Assembly: GCA_934376955.1 (NCBI GenBank)
Contig: CAKRPJ010000001.1
Span: forward strand, 21,396 to 85,395
Length of the DNA stretch: 64,000 nucleotides
Direction: 5' to 3'
Source: an uncultured Lachnospiraceae bacterium
GTDB lineage: Bacteria > Bacillota > Clostridia > Lachnospirales > Lachnospiraceae
In this document: positions 1-8,703 of the stretch, in pieces
Numbering within the stretch: the stretch's first letter is position 1
How the letters are laid out: every line of letters begins with the position of its first letter
Position numbers and translations under genes: made by a program
The notes under the pieces: model-generated
Told to the model about the DNA's origin: nothing
Databases searched by the model: none
What the model saw: only the letters and a program-made list of their open reading frames with translations

Positions 1-1246
1 TATTTTTTATGATACCTGCGCCCTGCTCAATATGGGCGCACATGTTGTCGGTCGCCCATTTATTATCTCCGTCCAAACCCTGCTGGAGCTGGAATCCATC
101 AAAACCAGCCGCGCCAAAGATGAATCCGTTCGTTATCGTGCCCGCCAAATGACTCACTATCTCGATAGCACCCATGATTCCGACTTTTATCATGTCTCCA
201 ATGCTACCGATTATCTGAACGATGATGCCTGCCCGTTTCGCAGCACACTGCCCAACACCCCGGATTCCATCATCATTTATGCGGCCTGGAAAGCATACAG
301 CCAAAACCACGATATGATCTTCTGCACGGATGATCTCTGCTGCAAGCACCTGGCCTCTTCTCTTGCCCACCTGCCCGTCTGTTCTTCCAAGGATCTTCTC
401 CCTCGCCAAAGCTATACCGGCTTTCTGGAGGTCACTCCAACCAATGAGCAATACGCTGCCCTCTATGAACAGCCGGAACGAAATACCTTCGGCCTTATCT
501 CCAATCAATATCTTATCGCTCACAGCCCCGCAGACAGCTCCGTACAGGCGTTTAAGTGGGCAGACGGTAAATATGTCGCGGTGGATTATAAGCCCTTCAA
601 AACGCAGGCATTTGGCGCTGTCAGGGCCAAGGATAAAGATATCTACCAGATGCTCGCCTTTGATAGCCTTTTACATAACCAAATCACCATGTTGTGCGGT
701 CCTGCCGGTACTGGCAAAAGCTATCTGGCTCTGGCTCACATGCTCAAGCTGCTGGAAACCCATAAGATTGATAAAATCATCGTGTTCACCAACCCCTGCG
801 CCACATCCGGCGCTGCCCGTCTTGGTTTTTACCCCGGCACCCGCGATGAAAAGCTGCTTGACAGCCAAATCGGCAACATGCTCGGCGCGAAACTCGGCGA
901 TACCATGGAACTCCAGCGCTATATTGACGCCAACAAAATTCAGCTTCTCCCCTTCTCGGACCTGCGCGGCTTTGATACCACCGGCATGAACTGCGCCGTC
1001 TATATTACCGAGGCTCAGAACCTTGATATTGAAATGATGCGGCTTGCTCTTCAGCGTATCGGCGAAGATTCTATCTGTATCATTGATGGTGATTATGACG
1101 CCCAGGTCGATCTCGATATCTACTCTGGTGATAACAACGGTATGCGCCGCCTTTCCCAGGTCTTCCGCGGTCAGGATTTCTATGGCGAGGTCAAGCTCCA
1201 AAAAATCTACCGTTCCCGTATCGCCGCACTTGCACAGGAGATGTAA
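1..1246 (+). CDS. phoH: PhoH-like ATPase with N-terminal PIN domain (YlaK/PhoL-type); 5' end runs off the window (frame continues from nt 2, IFYDTCALL = PIN start)
   Basis: Walker A CGPAGTGKSYLALA and PhoH-like downstream motifs. N-terminal PIN-like segment starts before the first ATG. Confidence 0.85.
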   Translation, partial: IFYDTCALLNMGAHVVGRPFIISVQTLLELESIKTSRAKDESVRYRARQMTHYLDSTHDSDFYHVSNATDYLNDDACPFRSTLPNTPDSIIIYAAWKAYSQNHDMIFCTDDLCCKHLASSLAHLPVCSSKDLLPRQSYTGFLEVTPTNEQYAALYEQPERNTFGLISNQYLIAHSPADSSVQAFKWADGKYVAVDYKPFKTQAFGAVRAKDKDIYQMLAFDSLLHNQITMLCGPAGTGKSYLALAHMLKLLETHKIDKIIVFTNPCATSGAARLGFYPGTRDEKLLDSQIGNMLGAKLGDTMELQRYIDANKIQLLPFSDLRGFDTTGMNCAVYITEAQNLDIEMMRLALQRIGEDSICIIDGDYDAQVDLDIYSGDNNGMRRLSQVFRGQDFYGEVKLQKIYRSRIAALAQEM

Positions 1247-1249
1247 GCA

Positions 1250-1513
1250 ATGACAGCTAATACTGATAAACTTCTTTCAATTCTTACCGGCATTCTCATT
1301 ACCGTTCTGGTTTATTTTCTGGTCTTTTGGTTCCACCTGGCCCTCGCCAAGTTCATTTTGGTTCCCCTGTTTGGCACCGCCATCTGCTCCACATTGAATC
1401 AGTTATTCAATACCGCATCCTTCACCCCGCAAATGCTACCCTCTACATACGCCTGGGCCTGCCTGATCGGCGGCATCTTCTTCTGGGCTCATATCAGCAG
1501 CAGCAAGCATTGA
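1250..1513 (+). CDS. small membrane protein (2 predicted TM)
   Basis: Hydrophobic segments ILITVLVYFLVFWF and LIGGIFFWA. Start is 4 nt after the phoH stop. Confidence 0.4.
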   Translation: MTANTDKLLSILTGILITVLVYFLVFWFHLALAKFILVPLFGTAICSTLNQLFNTASFTPQMLPSTYAWACLIGGIFFWAHISSSKH

Positions 1514-1810
1514 TTATCTTTTCCGTCTTACCACCACTCGCGGCTGTGCATGCCCAAACAAACTCCGCTTCGGCATTTCAAACGCTGTTTCAAACTCCTC
1601 GTCAAATTTGGCCCGCACCTTAAAATAGTCTGTGATTTTTGCCTGGATCTCCCGCAGCGCCTGCTGTTCCTTTTCAATCTGGATGTATTGTTCTCTTGTG
1701 CAGCTGTCCCCTTCCTGTATCCGCTGTTTCCATTCGTTCAGGGCATCCTCCTGGTAGCCGCACAGTTCCAGCATCTCATTGCAAAATCTTACGCTTGTCG
1801 GTCCTGCCAT
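1514..1810 (-). CDS. hypothetical protein (98 aa)
   Basis: RBS AAGGAGTGG upstream of the ATG. Charged coiled-coil-like sequence. Confidence 0.5.
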   Translation of the reverse strand: MAGPTSVRFCNEMLELCGYQEDALNEWKQRIQEGDSCTREQYIQIEKEQQALREIQAKITDYFKVRAKFDEEFETAFEMPKRSLFGHAQPRVVVRRKR

Positions 1811-1866
1811 CCATAACCACTCCTTGCCTTTTTCTTTTATCTTATCATATCAGAGGTGATTTCGCT

Positions 1867-2439
1867 ATGAATTTCTTTACTGCTGACCTTCATTTTTCTC
1901 ACCGTAACATTATCCGCTTCGATGACCGTCCGTTTCAAGACCTGCCCTCTATGCACGCGGAGCTTATCAAGCGCTGGAACAGCGTTGTCTCTCCTGGCGA
2001 TAACGTTTATGTCCTTGGCGATATGTTCTGGGACCCGTCCGAAGCTCCTATGATCCTTGAGCAGCTCAATGGCCATATCCATCTCATCAAGGGCAACCAC
2101 GATAAAATCTCGCCGGAAATGATGCGCTACTTTTCTTCCATCAAGGGCTATGATGAACTCGCAGCCGGCAAATATAAACTTATTCTCTGCCACTACCCTA
2201 TCATGTTCTACAACCACTCCTATTCGCCGGATTGCTACATGCTCTGCGGCCACGTCCATAACACCCGTGAGAATACTTATCTCGCTAAGTGGAAAGCAGA
2301 ACTGCGCGATAACGCGGTCGGTATTGCCAGTAACAAGGGCAACATCATCAACGTTGGCTGTATGCTGCATGATTATACCCCCAAAACCCTTAACCAGCTC
2401 ATTGCCTGGGATAAGGAAGGAGGCTGGAAAGTTGAGTAA
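1867..2439 (+). CDS. calcineurin-like metallophosphoesterase
   Basis: MNFFTADLHFSH...GDMFW...GNHD motif set typical of metallophosphatases. RBS GAGGTGA. True start is an internal ATG of the 266-aa ORF. Confidence 0.8.
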   Translation: MNFFTADLHFSHRNIIRFDDRPFQDLPSMHAELIKRWNSVVSPGDNVYVLGDMFWDPSEAPMILEQLNGHIHLIKGNHDKISPEMMRYFSSIKGYDELAAGKYKLILCHYPIMFYNHSYSPDCYMLCGHVHNTRENTYLAKWKAELRDNAVGIASNKGNIINVGCMLHDYTPKTLNQLIAWDKEGGWKVE

Positions 2440-2671
2440 AACAATTTTTACCTTTACGGAAGAGTTCGATGATGCCGGCCATCTCGTCAAGCGCACCATC
2501 ACAACCGAACAGGGCGAAACAGTTCTGCCGGTAACGCCAAACACCAAGCCGATTGATAACATGCCGTTTATCCCCACTCCAACCCCACGGAAAACGCCGC
2601 TTGATATAATCTGGAAAGCGCCGCCTGATGTAACCTGTAATTCTACCGGAGGTATCGCCCATGAATCCTAA
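2432..2671 (+). CDS. hypothetical protein (TTG start)
   Basis: RBS GGAAGGAGG 8 nt upstream of a TTG. Overlaps the phosphoesterase stop. Confidence 0.35.
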   Translation: MSKTIFTFTEEFDDAGHLVKRTITTEQGETVLPVTPNTKPIDNMPFIPTPTPRKTPLDIIWKAPPDVTCNSTGGIAHES

Positions 2672-2927
2672 AGAATTTGAACTGGCTGCCTGCACTGCCA
2701 TTTCCCGCTACTTCAATGATAACGCCGATGTAACTGGTGTCTATCTGTCACCGGATGATATCTACACCGTCTGGTCGTGCAAAACTCTTCAAAACAATAA
2801 AGGTCTTTTCACCACCCCTGTCAAAGACGGCCTGTATTACGAAGCCACCTATAACGGCGATAAGCAGGAACTCTACGTTGACTGTTATCAAAAGCTTAAA
2901 AACTTTGCAGTAAAAGTCAGCGAATAA
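2661..2927 (+). CDS. hypothetical protein (88 aa)
   Basis: RBS GGAGG before the ATG. Coding-like composition. Confidence 0.5.
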   Translation: MNPKEFELAACTAISRYFNDNADVTGVYLSPDDIYTVWSCKTLQNNKGLFTTPVKDGLYYEATYNGDKQELYVDCYQKLKNFAVKVSE

Positions 2928-2976
2928 AACAACATAGCCCCTATCCACTGTCACCCAGCGGACGGGGGCTATCTTT

Positions 2977-3432
2977 TTAGTTCAGGCCAAAATCAGCTAA
3001 CAACGGGTTCTTCAACAGCATCCCCACAATCACATACCGGTAAGATTTCACACTGCCGTCATAATAAAGGGTTCCTCGTATCCTCTGCTTTTTCACCAGT
3101 CCGGCCATGAACTCTGCCTGCTCTTTTGTAAAGTACAAAGAAACCTGCGGGTAGTTCTTGTCATCCAGCCGCGTTGTAATGTGCCGGTTGATTTCCAGTT
3201 CTGTCGGCAGCACATAGCTTTCTTCCAGGTGCGGCATCAAAGCCCGGTATTCTTTGGTATCTTTCATCACGCAGCGGTCGGCACCCACCGCCATCATCCT
3301 GCCAAGCTCTTCCTGCAACAGCCGGTTTGCCACGGTTCCAATGCGGGTATCTTCAACCTCGGCCTCGTCGTTCAGCACCTCGCGTACACGCATACTCAGC
3401 CGCAGGTTGATTTTCACTTCCTTTGCCATCAC
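2977..3432 (-). CDS. ribbon-helix-helix (CopG/ParG-like) DNA-binding protein with C-terminal extension, translationally coupled to parB
   Basis: N-terminus KINLRLSMRVREVLNDEA is RHH-like. Its ATG overlaps the parB stop (ATGA). Confidence 0.6.
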   Translation of the reverse strand: MMAKEVKINLRLSMRVREVLNDEAEVEDTRIGTVANRLLQEELGRMMAVGADRCVMKDTKEYRALMPHLEESYVLPTELEINRHITTRLDDKNYPQVSLYFTKEQAEFMAGLVKKQRIRGTLYYDGSVKSYRYVIVGMLLKNPLLADFGLN

Positions 3433-4619
3433 TTAACCGTCTCCAGCAGCTCTTTCAACTTCGCAGCTTTTTCAATCAGCTCTGTCAGCGTCTTAATGTC
3501 TTCTGTCCGCTGCTCCTGGCTCATCTTTTTCAGTCCTCTCTTATATGCCGGCGTTGCAATCTTCTTGCCAATCTTACCGGCCAGCGGCTGTAAAGTTTTC
3601 TGAACAAATGTTTTGGTTTCGGCTTTCTTCTCAGCAGTTTCAATCTCGCGTTCAAGTGCAGCCTGTTTTTCGGTTTCAGCAGGCTTTTCGGCCGCCATCT
3701 TTGTTTCAAGTGCGGCCACGCTTGTTTCAAAACTTTGTAATACCCGCTCCAGCCTCTCCTCGCGTTCTTCTGTCGAGTCTCCGTTCCAGGCATCGTCCAA
3801 TCCCTGCTGGGTATCATTGCGGATTCTGTCTCGGTCTTCTTCGTTCACACAGTTAATCGCAAACAATCTATTGTACAAACTCAAAAGTTCCTGTTGCTGT
3901 TTCTCTTCAAATTTGATCAATCTGTCGCATTCTGAGCGTTTCAGCTTTTTGTCATCCAGCAGTTTCAGCAGTCCTTTATTCAGCTCGTTTTCCAGGCGCA
4001 AATCTCTATCAATCATTTTCCCACTTGCGGCACTGATTTCTTTCAAGGCTTTCTTGGCCTCGGTCTGGTTCATGTTATATGGTTCTTCTTGTAAACACTC
4101 AATAAATTCAGCTGATGCCTTGCGCCGGATCATTTCATCCCCAAAACCACCGCGCACCTGCAGGTTAGCGCTGTACAAAATAACTTTCTTTTCATTGTGG
4201 GATAGGGGAGTGGTAACTACATTACAGTTCTTGGCCGCATTCCATGTCGCGTCCTGTTCCTGCAGCAGCATCAATGCTCGGTATCTCCGCTCGCCAGAAA
4301 GCAAAACATACACCGTCTTACCATCTTCCTGCTCAGGGAACACAACCAGGTTGTGCAGCAGGCCATTGCGCTTAATGTCTTCGGCTAATATTTCAATATC
4401 TTCTCCGTTGTCATTCTGACGGAAAATCTCGTTGTCCGGGTTCAGTCGGATGTCTGCCAGGCTGATATCCTTATTTTCAAACTCAATGGTCTTATTGCCA
4501 ACAATCTTTCCAACCAGGGCACGGCCGGCATCGTTATCGTTCACTTCTTTTGCTGCACTGCTGGTAGGAATGTTCAGTTTCTTTTCATTGCCTTTCTTCG
4601 GCTTTGATTTCAAACCCAT
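3429..4619 (-). CDS. parB: ParB-like partition protein (ParB/Srx N-terminal domain)
   Basis: GERRYRA motif in ...VLLSGERRYRALML. Likely start is the internal ATG at 4619, with RBS AAGGAGGA inside the parA 3' end; the ORF-table start is 4649. Confidence 0.85.
   Translation of the reverse strand: MGLKSKPKKGNEKKLNIPTSSAAKEVNDNDAGRALVGKIVGNKTIEFENKDISLADIRLNPDNEIFRQNDNGEDIEILAEDIKRNGLLHNLVVFPEQEDGKTVYVLLSGERRYRALMLLQEQDATWNAAKNCNVVTTPLSHNEKKVILYSANLQVRGGFGDEMIRRKASAEFIECLQEEPYNMNQTEAKKALKEISAASGKMIDRDLRLENELNKGLLKLLDDKKLKRSECDRLIKFEEKQQQELLSLYNRLFAINCVNEEDRDRIRNDTQQGLDDAWNGDSTEEREERLERVLQSFETSVAALETKMAAEKPAETEKQAALEREIETAEKKAETKTFVQKTLQPLAGKIGKKIATPAYKRGLKKMSQEQRTEDIKTLTELIEKAAKLKELLETVK
3876..3900. 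repeat. 25-bp repeat CAAACTCAAAAGTTCCTGTTGCTGT, copy 1, inside the parB coding sequence (putative parS/centromere site)
   Basis: Exact 25-mer shared with two copies upstream of parA. Contains an imperfect palindrome AACTcaaaAGTT. Confidence 0.6.
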
Positions 4620-4620
4620 C

Positions 4621-5475
4621 TCACTTTTCCTCCTTGTCCAGTTTTTCAAGCCGCTGTTTCAGCTCTTTATAAGCTGCCACATAGCTCTTGCCAATCGGTT
4701 GTGTTTTGGCAGAATAACATACCGGCACACATCTTCTCACCGATGTCTTCACGGCCAAAGCGCTGGGTATCTCAGTCTTGAACAGGGTAGGGCCAAGCAC
4801 TCTCTGACATTCTTCCCGCGTCTCTCTCGTGGCCGCACCCTTGTCCACCATGGTCAAAATCACGCCGATTCCTTTCAGGTTCGTCTTTGGGTTCTTGCGC
4901 AGCTCATTGCAAATGGAATAAGTTCTAAATGCTGAATCCTCAGAAAACGAATCGCACATCATCGGGATCAATACATAATCCGCTGCCACCAATGCGTTTG
5001 AAAGGATCATACTGTCACGGGTCGGCTGGGTATCTACAATGATATAATCATAGTTCTCCCGCACTTGGTCCAAAAAGTATAGCAAAAAGTCGGCTGTAGA
5101 TTCCAACCGTCTTGGGTCGCCCACATCATACTGCTGCGCATCAGCCAACAGGTCCGGCAGCCTCTTGTTGATCCGCGGTGTCTGGCTGCTTGCCGGGATC
5201 ATATCAACATTCTCATACTCTGTCCCCACAATATACTCTTTCGTGGAGGTGTACTTGAACCCGTCAAACATATCGTACAGCGCATTGCGGGAATAAGCAT
5301 TGCTTGTAATCGTATTGCCGCCGCTCAATGCAAAGGTCAAGTTGCCCTGCGGGTCGGTATCTACGCACAAAACCTTTTTTCCTTCATCCCCCATTAGGTA
5401 AGCAAGGTTAGAAGCCGTAACCGTCTTACCAGAGCCGCCTTTTTCAATCGCAATCGTAATAATTTTTGCTGCCAT
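4621..5475 (-). CDS. parA: ParA/Soj-family partition ATPase
   Basis: Deviant Walker A IAIEKGGSGKT. Size and downstream motifs fit ParA. Confidence 0.9.
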   Translation of the reverse strand: MAAKIITIAIEKGGSGKTVTASNLAYLMGDEGKKVLCVDTDPQGNLTFALSGGNTITSNAYSRNALYDMFDGFKYTSTKEYIVGTEYENVDMIPASSQTPRINKRLPDLLADAQQYDVGDPRRLESTADFLLYFLDQVRENYDYIIVDTQPTRDSMILSNALVAADYVLIPMMCDSFSEDSAFRTYSICNELRKNPKTNLKGIGVILTMVDKGAATRETREECQRVLGPTLFKTEIPSALAVKTSVRRCVPVCYSAKTQPIGKSYVAAYKELKQRLEKLDKEEK

Positions 5476-5492
5476 AGCTAACCCTCACTTGT

Positions 5493-5517
5493 CAAACTCA
5501 AAAGTTCCTGTTGCTGT
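5493..5517. repeat. 25-bp parS-like repeat, copy 2 (between rep and parA)
   Basis: Exact copy of the 25-mer. Confidence 0.6.
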
Positions 5518-5570
5518 TTAATTTGATTATATCACACTTCGTAGTAATGTCAACGGGGTAGAGCATCTGT

Positions 5571-5595
5571 CAAACTCAAAAGTTCCTGTTGCTGT
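5571..5595. repeat. 25-bp parS-like repeat, copy 3 (between rep and parA)
   Basis: Exact copy of the 25-mer, 78 bp from copy 2. Confidence 0.6.
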
Positions 5596-5642
5596 AACAA
5601 AGTTAAAAATAGGGGAGCCACCTCGTCAGCAGCTCCCCCTGG

Positions 5643-7196
5643 TTATTCTTCAAATGTTGTTTCATCCAGCTGAAACATCGGCTCTTTGCCGTCCTGTCCC
5701 ATCCGCCGTTTCCCGCCTTCAATGATCGTGGCGGAATTTTCTACAATGTCGCTGTACACCACCGTGCGGTAATACTGCGCAGATTTCTTTTCCACATCCT
5801 GCCTCAGCATCACGCTAAACTTCTCCAGTTCACCCAACGCCCAGCTTTTCAGCCCGTGGTTGTTCTGGATGATTCCGTTCAGCGCTTCCAGTGTTTCTTC
5901 AGCCTGGTCTTGTTTGTTCTGGTTGGTCAATATCTTGGCTGCATAAGTAAACACATTTGCCAAAACATTCCGCTCTTCTACGGTCAGCTCCTTCTTGTAG
6001 CCCGCATAGCCAGCCCGGTCTTCTATCTCGCTCCGCGCCTTGCGGAACGTCATTCCCATCACAGCCGGGGGCAGGGGAGAGACCTCTCCGGTTTCAGCCG
6101 CCAACACAGCTTGTTTCTTCGCCTTTTGTTTGCGTGCCACCTCCTGATCGCTGCGCTGGTTCGCGCTCAAAAACGCCCGTACCTTCTCCATCTCTTTGCG
6201 TGATTTGTACTTGATAAAGATATACAGATGAGTGTATTTCCGCACGCCCTTGGTTCGCACCGGCTCATAGTCAAACCACAGGTCTGTCATCTCATTGATC
6301 TCATTTTTTACCAGCTTCAAAACATTGCGTTCAAAGTCTGAAAAATTCGGGTACTTTTCTGTCAATGGTTTTTCGCGGTCATACTTGTTATCCACATCGG
6401 CTTTTTTGCGGTTCATGCCGCGCTCTTCTTTGGTCGGTACAGACAGCAGGTTTTTGAAATCATCAATGCCAAACTTTTTGTACTTGTATCCACGCAGCTG
6501 GTTCCGCTTTGCGGGGAACATCCCCAGCACCTCGTCCGTCACCGGCTCAAACACCAGTCCATTGGCGTATTCGTAGTCCCGGTTTCCATTATCATAAGAT
6601 AAAATAATTTCATACACCCGCATGGAATAGGTGCTCTGCATCATCAGCAGGTATTCAATGCTGTAAGATGTATAATTGCTTGTCAGCTGTGCAATATCTT
6701 TCCAAATGTCCTCATTGAACCGCATACTGATGGTTTTGCCCTCAGTATCAATGATCGAACCTTTGCGTACCCAGCTCATGCTCTTGTACTTGGTTGGGGC
6801 AATCGGTACCCAAAATGTCCGGTTCTCCAAATTTTCAATCGTGTGCTGCAAATATGCCACATAGGCCGGCTTTTCCGCATTCACGCCTGTCAGCTTTGAA
6901 AAGTCGCTGAACGTAATCGTGTAATACTTCGAAGCATCCGTGTCATTTTTCTGGTCGATCTTGGAAAGCAGCATGAACAAAATTTTCTGCTCGTTGCGCG
7001 GCAGGGAATACTTGGTCTTCTGGATCAGGTCATTGCTCTTGGTGATGTAAGAGCCAACGGCAAAAGGGGAGCCGGTCTTCTTTTCCTGCTCCTTTTTCGC
7101 CTTAACCTCTTCGTCCGTCATCACCTCTCCGGTAATCACCGTTCCTGTGCCTGCACGGTTTACTTTTTGGTCTTTCATTATTCTGTTCGCCCGCAT
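5643..7196 (-). CDS. rep: Rep_3-family (RepB-type, iteron-binding) replication initiator
   Basis: ...SYSIEYLLMMQSTYSMRVYEIIL... and ...FSDFERNVLKLVKNEINEMTDLWFDYEPVRTKGVRKYTHLYIFI match the Rep_3 core signature. The iteron field lies immediately upstream. Confidence 0.85.
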   Translation of the reverse strand: MRANRIMKDQKVNRAGTGTVITGEVMTDEEVKAKKEQEKKTGSPFAVGSYITKSNDLIQKTKYSLPRNEQKILFMLLSKIDQKNDTDASKYYTITFSDFSKLTGVNAEKPAYVAYLQHTIENLENRTFWVPIAPTKYKSMSWVRKGSIIDTEGKTISMRFNEDIWKDIAQLTSNYTSYSIEYLLMMQSTYSMRVYEIILSYDNGNRDYEYANGLVFEPVTDEVLGMFPAKRNQLRGYKYKKFGIDDFKNLLSVPTKEERGMNRKKADVDNKYDREKPLTEKYPNFSDFERNVLKLVKNEINEMTDLWFDYEPVRTKGVRKYTHLYIFIKYKSRKEMEKVRAFLSANQRSDQEVARKQKAKKQAVLAAETGEVSPLPPAVMGMTFRKARSEIEDRAGYAGYKKELTVEERNVLANVFTYAAKILTNQNKQDQAEETLEALNGIIQNNHGLKSWALGELEKFSVMLRQDVEKKSAQYYRTVVYSDIVENSATIIEGGKRRMGQDGKEPMFQLDETTFEE

Positions 7197-7361
7197 AGCC
7201 TGTCCGCCATGTCAAGCTCAACCTCCAAATCACAGTGTATGTATCGCATCGCACAGGTGGGTATACCTAACGCATTATATCTTTATCTTACCCTATTTTT
7301 ATCCGCTCGTCAAGCCTAATTTTTTTGCGCTTTTCTTCAAAACAAAACTCGTAGTAAAATT

Positions 7362-7420
7362 TTTTGCGCTTATTATTATTTATTATTTATATTTTATATT
7401 TATATTATATAAGGTATATT
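7362..7420. promoter_or_regulatory. AT-rich tract next to the tandem iterons (putative DNA-unwinding element)
   Basis: TTATTATTATTTATTATTTATATTTTATATTTATATTATATAAGG, essentially all A/T. Confidence 0.4.
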
Positions 7421-7525
7421 GCGAGTTTCTTTTACACGAGCTGCGAGGTTCTTTTATTCCTCATACGAGTTTCTTTTATACTGGCTACGAGTTTCTTTTA
7501 TTCCTGCTACGAGTTTCTTTTACGC
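7421..7525. repeat. five tandem 21-22 bp direct repeats (C)TACGAGTTTCTTTTA(T/C), the reverse complement of the dispersed iteron core
   Basis: Read directly from the sequence. Period is about 21 bp, two helical turns. Confidence 0.7.
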
Positions 7526-8215
7526 AAAATCCTGCTTTTCGCTGTCAAACAACCTCGTAATTGCTGTCAAAAAATCTCGCAGTTCGCATCAAATAATCTC
7601 GTAATTCACGTTAAATTTTTTGTTTCCTGCGCTTTTTGTCAAACAAACTCGTAGTTTTAAGCCAAACGGATAGGGTAGGGGAGTGGTCCCGCCCCTGATT
7701 TTTTTTACGCCTTTTCAAATCAAAAAACTCGTAGTTCATTCCGCTGCATCAACCATCCATATCTGGCCGTCTGAACCATATTTTTTCAATCTTTTGGTCA
7801 AACAAACTCGTAATTCTGGCTATGGGTGGTCATAAATCAACTTCAAGTCCTGTCATGCGCCGCCCGTCCATACCGTCCTGGCTTTATTACAATCGGTATT
7901 TTTTGCGCTTTTTCACCGTAAAAGAAACTCGTAGTTCAGCTCTAAATGCTCTGCCCATCAATCGGCAGCAGGGGAGAGGGTCTGATTTTTTTTGCAGTTT
8001 TCGGCGTAAAACAAACTCGTAATAGCTACAGCAACCAGCGCCGGCCGAATTCAATCTTGTCGCATGTATCATCTATCAATTCATAAACCGTTCATATTGG
8101 CCGTTTTCCCGGTTTCACACCCTATAAGCCTATATACCAAAAAGTATACACCTCACATGCCGGCAATTCAACAAAAATCAATCCCGTCAACCAAATAATA
8201 ACCGCGTACACATTC

Positions 8216-8560
8216 TTGGGTATAACTTTGTGCAACCTGCCTTTGGAAATAACCAGAAAAGTCGTAAACGTAGATGGAACCGATTTGTCAAAAATTCGTT
8301 CGCGCATAAGCGGAACAGTAAATAAAAACTCTAGAACCGGGATAAACGGTGTTGCGCTTACCAAAAAAGGCACCTACAAAGCATATATTAACTTTAAGCA
8401 TAAACGCATTCACCTTGGCTTTTTCACCAATCTAAAAGACGCAGCCGCTGCCAGAAAAGAAGCCGAAGAAATTCTTTACAATAAATTTTTAGACGATAAC
8501 GCCGGTTGGGAACAGCGCCTGGCAGACGCAATGGCCGAATACAAAAAGAACAAGAAATAA
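8216..8560 (+). CDS. stand-alone AP2-domain DNA-binding protein (start uncertain, TTG in table)
   Basis: GINGVALTKKGTYKAYINFKHKRIHLGFFTNLKDAAAARKEAE resembles the AP2/integrase-type DNA-binding domain common in phage HNH nucleases. Confidence 0.55.
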   Translation: MGITLCNLPLEITRKVVNVDGTDLSKIRSRISGTVNKNSRTGINGVALTKKGTYKAYINFKHKRIHLGFFTNLKDAAAARKEAEEILYNKFLDDNAGWEQRLADAMAEYKKNKK

Positions 8561-8569
8561 CCGTCAATT

Positions 8570-8598
8570 TCGCTAAAGCTTAATTTAGCGAAATATAG
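8570..8598 (+). terminator. hairpin TTCGCTAAA-GCTTAA-TTTAGCGAA after the AP2 gene
   Basis: 9-bp perfect inverted repeat. Weak U-tract. Confidence 0.35.
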
Positions 8599-8703
8599 GG
8601 AACCCGATAAAATCTTCAAAACCTCCTTGACATATGACATAAAATGTCGTATCCTATAACCAAAGGAACGACATTAAACGTCATACAGATAGGAGGCTTT
8701 CTT

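Larger units (their letters stand above)
7330..8030. repeat. iteron field of the replication origin: dispersed copies of AAACTCGTA(G/A)T plus tandem inverted-orientation copies
   Basis: At least 9 dispersed copies, near 7345, 7551, 7574, 7596, 7656, 7731, 7805, 7923 and 8013. Many sit inside a longer unit TTTTTTGCGC...TAAAA(C/G)AAACTCGTA. Confidence 0.7.

Noticed and set aside
330-1253. Overlapping ORFs 330..989 (+), 671..1201 (-) and 1044..1253 (+) inside phoH
   Set aside because: They lie within a gene with clear Walker A and PhoH motifs, have no RBS and encode low-complexity products. They are frame-shadow ORFs.
7421-7525. A regular ~21-bp repeat array that could superficially be taken for a CRISPR array
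   Set aside because: The repeats are contiguous with no unique spacers, are only 14-16 bp long and AT-rich, and sit directly upstream of a Rep_3 initiator gene. They are iterons, and no cas genes are present.
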